Assembly (NCBI GenBank): GCA_964392975.1
Contig: CAYMRU010000003.1
Span: forward strand, 1-36,457
Length of the DNA stretch: 36,457 nucleotides
DNA from: an uncultured Candidatus Poseidoniales archaeon
Lineage (GTDB): Archaea > Thermoplasmatota > Poseidoniia > Poseidoniales > Thalassarchaeaceae
Reading direction: 5' to 3'
Shown here: piece by piece, positions 1-7,100 of the stretch
How the letters are laid out: each line of letters opens with the position of its first letter
Numbering within the stretch: position 1 is the first letter of the stretch
Translations under genes and position numbers: made by a program
The notes under the pieces: generated by a model
The model's database searches: none
Seen by the model: only the letters and a program-made list of their open reading frames with translations
What the model was told of the DNA's origin: nothing

Positions 1-599
1 ACGATATCCCAGTATTTCGTGTGTGCAATGTTCTCGGGTTCCAGATAGATTCCTTTGCAAATTCTGAAATCAGCGTGCTTCCCAGTAGCAGCGCATACAT
101 CACTGATGTCAGATAGGGTACGAATCAGTCTTCCTTGTAGCACCACTCCGACATTGTGGAGACCCCTCTCTTGGAGGGCAGTACAGAAGTCGATAGTCGG
201 ACCAGTGACTCTGTGGTCCTCCATATCCAATCGCACGAACATGTTGTGCTGCGCTGCCTTCCTGACTAGGCCCTCGATATTACCCAAGGCGGCATCCGGG
301 TCGATAAGCAGGCCGAATGCGGTGGGCTTGATTGAGATGTTTGCATCTATATCGTTATCAACAATCGAGTCAATCAGCGTCGAGTACTCTTCAATGAAGA
401 ACTCGGCCTCCAACAAAGAACTGATTTCCTCGCCTAGAACATCAACTGTGAAACACGCGCCCTCGTCGCTCATCTCACGCATCAGAGAAATCGCACTTTG
501 CATATCTGAGCCAGCGACATACCTCTTTGAGACCCAGCGAATGAAAGCCTTGGGAGTAATCGGCATCAAGCCGACTACGAACTGTCCGAACAGTCTCAT
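1..599 (-). CDS. Proline dehydrogenase (monofunctional ProDH), 3' end truncated by the window edge
   Basis: Not in the ORF track. My translation from ATG at 599: MRLFGQFVVGLMPITPKAFIRWVSKRYVAG...FTVDVLGEE...ISIKPTAFGL...FVRLDMED...NVGVVLQGRL...FRICKGIYLEP. These match the ProDH motifs RYVAG, D.LGE, S.K.T, .DME, Q, R..KG.Y. The frame stays open to the window start. Confidence 0.92.
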   Translation of the reverse strand, partial: MRLFGQFVVGLMPITPKAFIRWVSKRYVAGSDMQSAISLMREMSDEGACFTVDVLGEEISSLLEAEFFIEEYSTLIDSIVDNDIDANISIKPTAFGLLIDPDAALGNIEGLVRKAAQHNMFVRLDMEDHRVTGPTIDFCTALQERGLHNVGVVLQGRLIRTLSDISDVCAATGKHADFRICKGIYLEPENIAHTKYWDI

Positions 600-641
600 C
601 TGAACTCTGCAAGAGTGGACAAGCCTTCACAATTGCGAGTA

Positions 642-1571
642 CTAACTCAGCTCCTTTCCTCGTCTGACTGGTACTCCTAACTCCTCCAATAGGCCCAGAA
701 TCGCGGTTCTCTGCCAGCCCTTGAACGACTTCCTGTCCAGGTGTGCGAAGAATCGCCCCCCGGGGAATGCCGCCATGGTAGATTCGACGGCGGTTCGAAT
801 CGAATGTTTCCAAGCTCCCGCGGGCTCATGGTCATCTTCTGGGGTCTCGAAAGGCATAGCATAGTTTGCCAACAGATGGCCAGTCCATAACTCGGATTCG
901 GACAACACAGCCTTGTGTCTTGGAGCATAGTGTCCCCCTCCGAGTCCTATCATAACATCTCCACCTTCTCGCCATGTTACCGGTTCTGTTCCCCCGAGTC
1001 CCAGATTGTCCGAAATTACACAGGCCCAGGCGTCGCCTGCTTCCTTGCTCTTCCACTGCTGCTCAGTGGAGCCGATCTCGATGTAAAGAGTGGGTGTGGA
1101 CAGAACCGGCCCGTGATGAGTCGTCTCAAGAGTCAGGTCGTACTCCTCGTCGAGTCCACGCGACTTGCCTTCTGCCAGCATCCCTCTGAATAAGGAAGCG
1201 AACCTAGGCGAAGGAGGCACCACTGTTCCCTTCCTACCTCCTGCCTGACCCTCTTCCCCGTGCGGCGTCTCACCAGGGATTCCAATTGCATGCAGTGTCA
1301 GCGCAGGAGTATTTGTTGCAGATACGTGCCTTGAGAGAATCAGAACCTCTCCGAGTTCGCAAGCTGCGTTTTCCTCGTGGATTGTATCGATTCCATCCGC
1401 GTGTATGTGTAAATGCTCGATGAGGAGGAGGTGGACGTCGCGTGAGAGGTGCTGGTGCATGGTGCCGTGAGGAAGAGTGGTTGGCTCGGACCAACCATCT
1501 AAGTCGAGCATAGCACGATGCAGGTTGACTGATGCACTGTCCTGAGAGGACGCTAGCAACAGTGTGACCAT
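642..1571 (-). CDS. dtdA: D-aminoacyl-tRNA deacylase, archaeal/plant DTD2 (GEK1-like) type
   Basis: Motifs S..D.AS.N, LSRH.S, LTLH..G, E.THHGP, .EIGS, G.GGGHYAPRH, GH...Y and D.KS. Start reassigned to ATG 1571 (MVTLLL), which lies about 25 nt from a TATA-like box. Confidence 0.9.
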   Translation of the reverse strand: MVTLLLASSQDSASVNLHRAMLDLDGWSEPTTLPHGTMHQHLSRDVHLLLIEHLHIHADGIDTIHEENAACELGEVLILSRHVSATNTPALTLHAIGIPGETPHGEEGQAGGRKGTVVPPSPRFASLFRGMLAEGKSRGLDEEYDLTLETTHHGPVLSTPTLYIEIGSTEQQWKSKEAGDAWACVISDNLGLGGTEPVTWREGGDVMIGLGGGHYAPRHKAVLSESELWTGHLLANYAMPFETPEDDHEPAGAWKHSIRTAVESTMAAFPGGRFFAHLDRKSFKGWQRTAILGLLEELGVPVRRGKELS

Positions 1572-1592
1572 GGCCCGCGATGGGGGCACTCG

Positions 1593-1619
1593 TATAATCT
1601 CCGTAGCCACACCTTCAAG
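1593..1619. promoter_or_regulatory. Back-to-back divergent TATA-like boxes
   Basis: ATTATA on the minus strand (1598-1593) lies 22-27 nt upstream of the dtdA ATG. CTTCAAG on the plus strand (1613-1619) lies about 25-30 nt upstream of GTG 1643. The spacing fits leaderless archaeal transcripts. Confidence 0.45.
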
Positions 1620-1642
1620 CACGGAGGCTGTGAGCGCAATAT

Positions 1643-2545
1643 GTGGAAGGGGTTCGATATGGCTTCCAGCCGATGCGAGTCGACCAAGGTGCATCGGGAA
1701 ACGTGCTGGTCGGGTGCTCGGGCGAGTTACTCAGAATAGATGCAGAGGGCTCGCCCCTTCACCAACCCGTGGTGCCGTTTCCAAGCAATGTCTCAGGGGG
1801 GGCAGTCATTGGAGAGTGTTGGGTGGGCACCTGGGTTGATCAGGAATTCAGAGAGGCTCGTATGGCAGCTCTTCGGATAGACGGAGACTGGATAGATGGC
1901 GGCGGCAGGGAGCAACTCAGGGAAGCTTCAGATACTAAACTACTGATGCCTGCTTCCTCAATTTGGTCAAGGCGTCTCGATGCTGAGCCCATGGCACTAA
2001 CTCAGACCTCAGCTGGAGTGGTGTTCGCGACCTTGAACAGAGGAGTTTACCTGATTGATGAGAGGGCCACAGAACTGTGGAGGTCGCCCTATCCAGAGTG
2101 GCCGGGACTCGCAAAGTACCATCACTCCGACTCCATAGTGTCGTGCACAGAGCATGAAGGGAGAATCGGGCTTTGGTCAAGATCGGGTTCTGTTACACTT
2201 CTTGATGGAAAGGATGGATCTTTTGTCTCAAGCCATGCGATTGGGTTGATGAGTCCACTGGCCGGGGCTGAGTTCAGCGAGGATGGTGGTTGGTTACTGA
2301 TGCAGGAGAACGGAGATGTTGGCATACTCGATGATTTGCTACTCTCGCCTAGTATAGTGAGGACACCCGGCCCTGTATTCGATGCCAATTATTCGGAAGG
2401 CAGATGGAGATGGACCGGTTGGAGACATGATGGTACAATTCTGGACGAGAGATGTGAAATTGAGATTCGCAGGGACATCGGAATCGGCCTTGTCGGTGAC
2501 AACGTGGTCACTAATGATGGAAGATGGGATGAATTCAGGGCCTAA
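1643..2545 (+). CDS. Hypothetical protein, probable beta-propeller (PQQ/WD40-like)
   Basis: 300-aa ORF fills the gap between dtdA and rps27ae. It is Trp/Gly-rich with repeated beta-strand units (GVYLIDE..ELWR, SVTLLDGKDGS). No signal peptide seen. Start could be ATG 1673. Confidence 0.6.
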   Translation: MEGVRYGFQPMRVDQGASGNVLVGCSGELLRIDAEGSPLHQPVVPFPSNVSGGAVIGECWVGTWVDQEFREARMAALRIDGDWIDGGGREQLREASDTKLLMPASSIWSRRLDAEPMALTQTSAGVVFATLNRGVYLIDERATELWRSPYPEWPGLAKYHHSDSIVSCTEHEGRIGLWSRSGSVTLLDGKDGSFVSSHAIGLMSPLAGAEFSEDGGWLLMQENGDVGILDDLLLSPSIVRTPGPVFDANYSEGRWRWTGWRHDGTILDERCEIEIRRDIGIGLVGDNVVTNDGRWDEFRA

Positions 2546-2716
2546 TCACTCTAGGTCGGCCGAATGTCCGCACTTTCCGCAGACCTTCCTATTGGAATGA
2601 ATACCGAGGAATACTCCGGGCCCACAGGTCGGGCAGAACTCTCCTTTCCGGACCAACTCGCCATCCTCTACCGAGTACTTCGAGTGCTTGCCGTTGGGGT
2701 TAGGCCCTTCTCCCAT
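2546..2716 (-). CDS. rps27ae: 30S ribosomal protein S27ae (eS31)
   Basis: Not in the ORF track. Translation MGEGPNPNGKHSKYSVEDGELVRKGEFCPTCGPGVFLGIHSNRKVCGKCGHSADLE* (56 aa) has the C4 zinc ribbon CP.CGPGVF...R..CGKCG. Its start overlaps the rps24e stop (TGATG). Confidence 0.95.
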   Translation of the reverse strand: MGEGPNPNGKHSKYSVEDGELVRKGEFCPTCGPGVFLGIHSNRKVCGKCGHSADLE

Positions 2717-3096
2717 CAATCATCACTCTCCTCAGGCTCCTCTTCAGGTGACTCTTCGACTGCTTCCTCTTCAGTGGCTTGCTCAGATGGTTCGGGCTTG
2801 GGAGCAGTTGGCTTCTCCTTTTGCTGTGAGGAATGTCGGGACTTGACATACTCAGGCTCCAATTCGGCTGACTCCGCTGATCCGTAAATCAGAGCGAGTC
2901 CGGTAGTCTGAGGCATTCCAAAACGAGTGCTGACCTCCTTGACGAAGACGAGTTTCTCCTTGGCACCAGGCTCAGCTCTAGCGGCCGCAGCTCTCATGTC
3001 TGCTAGAGATGGAGTAGGTGAGTTCGCGTGATTCCAGATGAATCGAATTTCAACACGGTCCAACAGTGGGTTCTCCTTCCTCTCTGTAACTTCCAT
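2716..3096 (-). CDS. rps24e: 30S ribosomal protein S24e (eS24) with acidic C-terminal extension
   Basis: Motifs ENPLL.R.E, TPS, T.FG...G.A.IY. SD GGAGG upstream. Canonical operon position. Confidence 0.95.
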   Translation of the reverse strand: MEVTERKENPLLDRVEIRFIWNHANSPTPSLADMRAAAARAEPGAKEKLVFVKEVSTRFGMPQTTGLALIYGSAESAELEPEYVKSRHSSQQKEKPTAPKPEPSEQATEEEAVEESPEEEPEESDD

Positions 3097-3109
3097 CTAG
3101 AAACCTCCT

Positions 3110-3328
3110 CTATCGGATGTTGACCTTCAAAGCGTAGTTGCCGGAATCTGAGACATTCAACCTCTTGGCTACCTCTGATCGAGTCGGGTCGAGAATGATG
3201 ACGAAGCCCTGCCAGTCTGTGGTGACTGGGGCTCCCGGACAGTGCATGCACTGAGGCGGGTCGCTCTTCTTCTCAGGGTCGGGAAGAATCCTGTTGCACT
3301 CGCCGCACGCGAAGGGCTGCTTTGCCAT
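3110..3328 (-). CDS. spt4: Transcription elongation factor Spt4 (RpoE'')
   Basis: AC.EC..I, C..C, T.DW.G..II.DP..SE.AK.L....G.YALKV. Start reassigned to ATG 3328 (MAKQPF), directly after the rpo7 stop. Confidence 0.93.
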   Translation of the reverse strand: MAKQPFACGECNRILPDPEKKSDPPQCMHCPGAPVTTDWQGFVIILDPTRSEVAKRLNVSDSGNYALKVNIR

Positions 3329-3329
3329 C

Positions 3330-3887
3330 TCAGTCGTCCTCCTCGCCGAGCCAGTCGAACGCACCGAGACCTTCCATCTTGCAGTTCAAGCCAATCTTAG
3401 ACGACCTAGGGTCATTCTGGTTTATTGACTTGGAGACTATCCTTGAGCGCACGGGTGAGCCTTCCTCAAGGTGCTTACCGCTCTGGGTGCCCTCGATTCT
3501 CTTGCTCTGAGCACCGAGATGGACCTGGACAGGTTCGTCAAGAATCTGCGATTTGTGTAGTAGTGCCTCGACTGGCCCGATTCTGACGAACGCGCCGTAC
3601 TCGGATATCTCCGAGACCGCTCCATCAATGACCTCATTGTTCTCCATCGTGAAAATCAGTGCCTTGAAGCGCACATTCTGGTAAATCGCTCCATCTCCGT
3701 GAATGATTTTTCCTCTCCCTACAGCCTCGTGGTCGAAGGTCAAAAGGGTGTAGTCCTCGGTCTCGTCGAAGCGCCCTTCAAAGGCATCGTGTGCAAGCTC
3801 ATCGATGTGCTCCTCGAGCTTCCTTCCCGCACGAATATACTCTGCAGGGATGCGGATAGTGTCCTCTCTTGTTACGAGGCTGTACAT
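3330..3887 (-). CDS. rpoE1: DNA-directed RNA polymerase subunit E' (Rpo7)
   Basis: MY....D.IRIP, G.II.GDG..Y, E...G.V.E...YGAFV.IGP..ALLH.SQI (S1 domain), KIGL..K..GLG..W. Start reassigned to ATG 3887, with AGGAG upstream. Confidence 0.95.
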   Translation of the reverse strand: MYSLVTREDTIRIPAEYIRAGRKLEEHIDELAHDAFEGRFDETEDYTLLTFDHEAVGRGKIIHGDGAIYQNVRFKALIFTMENNEVIDGAVSEISEYGAFVRIGPVEALLHKSQILDEPVQVHLGAQSKRIEGTQSGKHLEEGSPVRSRIVSKSINQNDPRSSKIGLNCKMEGLGAFDWLGEEDD

Positions 3888-4013
3888 GTTTCTGGCTCCT
3901 AAGGGACTCACTCTGAGGGCAGCCTTAGGAAGGGAGAATATCTCCCGTCCCTCATCGGCAGTGCCTCTGGAGGAGAGTTCCTTGGACACGGCGACCGACC
4001 CGTCCTGTATAAG
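3888..4013 (-). promoter_or_regulatory. TATA box and structured ~100-nt 5' leader of the rpo7-spt4-rps24e-rps27ae operon
   Basis: CTTATA on the minus strand at 4013-4008. Inverted repeats TCCTAAGG (3897-3904)/CCTTAGGA (3923-3930) and GGGAGA-ATA-TCTCCC (3932-3946). Confidence 0.45.
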
Positions 4014-4109
4014 CACAACGGATGGAAAGTGACATTCGGCTGAGGCAGAGGTGCTTTCAGACCGTAGGTCTGAGTGAGGGTTTAGGGCGAATGTTCAAGT
4101 GGATTCGGA

Positions 4110-7100
4110 ATGCCATCTCCTATTCTGATGACATCGTGCCGCTCAGAGCTTGCGCCCTCAGGGCTGCGCAATGCGACTCTTGGTGTGGCCTTGCTGCTGG
4201 TGATGTCGCTCTCACCTGCTCTATCGGTTCCAGATTTCGAACCTAAGTCTGAGACCGCAGATGGGACTCAGGATCCTTGGGTCGATGGGGGCCAACCTTG
4301 GCCGCAAGCAGGTAGGACTTCGGACAGATTAGCAGTAGTTCCTGCACATGGTCCGGACGGAGGCGTGGGAGATGGCGGAGTGCCAGAAGATGCTTCTGAG
4401 TTCAAGTCAATAGTTGAACCTGCAGTTAACTGGGCATATCCATCTGGCTCAGATGATATAGGAACGGATGCACTATCGGTTCCGATTGCTGATCTGTCCG
4501 CTTCGATAACGGTGGGCGAAGGGGCATTCGAGCGCTGTGGAGGGAGTTCCCTATTCACCATTCTAGTGCTTAAGGACTCTGAATCTGATCCGGCATACCT
4601 CAGGATAATCGAGGGAGAGGATGCTGAACTGGCATGGCAGGTGAGTCTGGGTCAGACCGAGTTCGTCAAGGCCGCCCCCCTAGTTGTCGACATAGATGGA
4701 GATGGGCTGCAGGAGATTCTCATAGTCTACGATGATTCCTCAGGAGATCTGAATATCGAAGCATGGTCTCCGAGGCTGTCGTGTTCGGTCACCGGATGGT
4801 CTTCTTCCGCAGATTCTACCGAGTTACTCTGGTCGTGGACTGATCAAAATCGTTTCATCAGCAATGAAGGTCCCTATGAGGAGAGTTGGAGGGGTTATCA
4901 CAAACCTACCACTCAGCCATTGTTGGCGGACCTTGACTTCGATGGCGATGCTGAGTTGATTATTGCGGCGATAGAGAAGGCCAACGACAAGCCCGAGGTA
5001 ATCGCACTGGATATTTCGGGCACCGGCGCCACAATTCTGTGGTACAATACACTCAGCCGAGGCACGCACCCCTCGGACCCCGCCTTCGTGCAGACAGATG
5101 ACAGTACAGGTTACGTTATTCTGACAACCATACAAGACAGCACAGGATCGATGTGGTTGTGGAAGCTTGACCATGAAGACGGAGGAGGCAGTTGGACGGA
5201 TGGATACTCCTTGGGATCTGCAAACGGAGGAGGGGAAACTTATCCTCATGTAAGGCTGCCAGGTCCAGTCATTGCGAACCTCGATGCTCAAGATGACCCT
5301 GAGATAATTCTGACCATCCCTACAGATGGCAATGGATACTCTGGTTCCGGCGGTGCCGAGTTCATTGGGATGGAAATAGGAAACGCCTCTGAAATCTGGT
5401 CTTTCGAGGCATCCAACGGCTTCGCTGATGCACCACCTACTGCTGTCGATACCGATGGCGATGGGCAGCACGACAGGGTTTGCTGGGTCACTTGGTCCAA
5501 GGAGAATACGATTCCTAGTCATGGACATGCGGGCTGCCATGACGTAGTGGGAAATCCAAGTCCGTCTTGGTCAGCGAAGAGTCTAGAGAGAGATAGTGGT
5601 GCCTGGAACGACGAGATTGCAGTATCTCCGCCGACCTGGATGGATATCGATGGGAGCGGTGAGCCGGAACTGGTTGTGGCATTCGGTCGCAAGGTCTGGG
5701 CCTATGACGGAGGAGATGGGACTGTGGCTGGAATATGGGGCGGTTCATTCTCAGTTCCTCACAGGACCTGGGCCGCCCCCTCCTTCGCAGACATTGATGG
5801 AGATGCTACTCTGGACATGGTGGTGGGAGCCAATGTAATCTCACACTCAGAGGCTGACGTCAGACCCCTCACTGACTCACGAGGCATAGACTTCAGTCCT
5901 AGTGAGCCTGATCCAGGCGAGGAGGTCACAGTGACCGCATGGTTCGAGAATGCTGGCACCGCAGACACGGACGAACAGACTGAGGCCAAGCTATACGCTG
6001 ACGGGCAATTAATCGGGGTGTATGAAGCTGGTACTATGGAACCGGATGAGACAGAGTCCTTCAGTGCCTATTGGAGCGGCCCTTTGGGAGAACATGTATT
6101 CGAATTGGTTCTGGACCCGGGCTCAAACGTATCGCAGACCAGACGTGACAACGATGCTCAGACCGTGACTCTGGTTATCGTCCCGACCTACAACGCGACC
6201 TTCGAGATACCAAGTGAACCAGTTAGAGTAGATCCCGGCTCTTCGACAATAGCACTGCCGACAGTCCGCTCCACGGGCAGACTAGCGGGAACCTGGAGTC
6301 TGAGTGTGGACGATTCGGGAATGCCTGAAGGTTGGTCCTGGCACGATCAGAGCGGTGGCTTGGATGGTATCGAGATTGGTATAGATCAGACCTGGAGTCC
6401 TGCATTGCGAGTGGAGGCACCAGAGGATGCCTTAGGCTCAGACACGGGTTATCTCGGACTGACGCTGACTTTGGACTCTGATCCCGAGAACTACAGCGCT
6501 TATGCGTCTCTTCCTGTTGAGGCCAATAGGACCAGAGGTCTTTCTCTGCGAGGTCCTGATGGGACTACCGTCAGTTCGGGCTACGGGCTGATTGGCGGGG
6601 ATGCGAATGCTTGGATTCTCGTGCACAATCTGGGCAATGCCGATGAGACTCCGGTTATCCAAGTCGGAGGGACGCCTTGGGGTGACACAGATGGTGATGG
6701 TCAGACCGACAACGTGGTCAGCCTCTATGATCTGAACGGTAACTCACTGCCAGCGCTGAGTCTGTCCGCTGGTGAAGTCAAACTGGTGACTGCGAGACTC
6801 ACTGTTCCTTCAGATGCCGATTTAGAGGACTTCGTGACGACTGATCTGACGATGTGCGTAGGTAGCGAGGATGAAGAGGAGTGTTCCACCATTTCTCTCT
6901 CGTTCGAGGCTTCCGGTGTAGTCGCTGATGTCCACCAGAGAAGCGTCCCTGCGAGCGGTCTGCAATGGCAGGTCATAGCAGACATGCCTCCTGATTCATC
7001 AGAATTGACGTGGGCACTATCCGAGGCCGGGATGGTTCATCAGGGATGGATCTGGAACTCCTCTGGCAGCATCGTAGTTGAAGGCGATTCGATAGTTATG

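Noticed and set aside
55-603. 182-aa plus-strand ORF
   Set aside because: Antisense shadow of the proline dehydrogenase on the minus strand, which carries the family motifs.
1572-1694. N-terminal extensions given by the ORF track for dtdA (also rpo7 to 4016, spt4 to 3364, HD gene to 18122)
   Set aside because: Family similarity begins at downstream ATGs, and the extensions overlap promoters or neighbouring genes.
2546-2716. Apparent intergenic gap that could hold a tRNA or ncRNA
   Set aside because: It encodes rps27ae on the minus strand. No cloverleaf or T-loop pattern is seen.
4824-5540. Long antisense ORFs inside large genes (also 32603..33226, 33540..34055, 34254..34757, 10391..10933)
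   Set aside because: Shadows of the coding strand with no recognisable motifs or translation signals.
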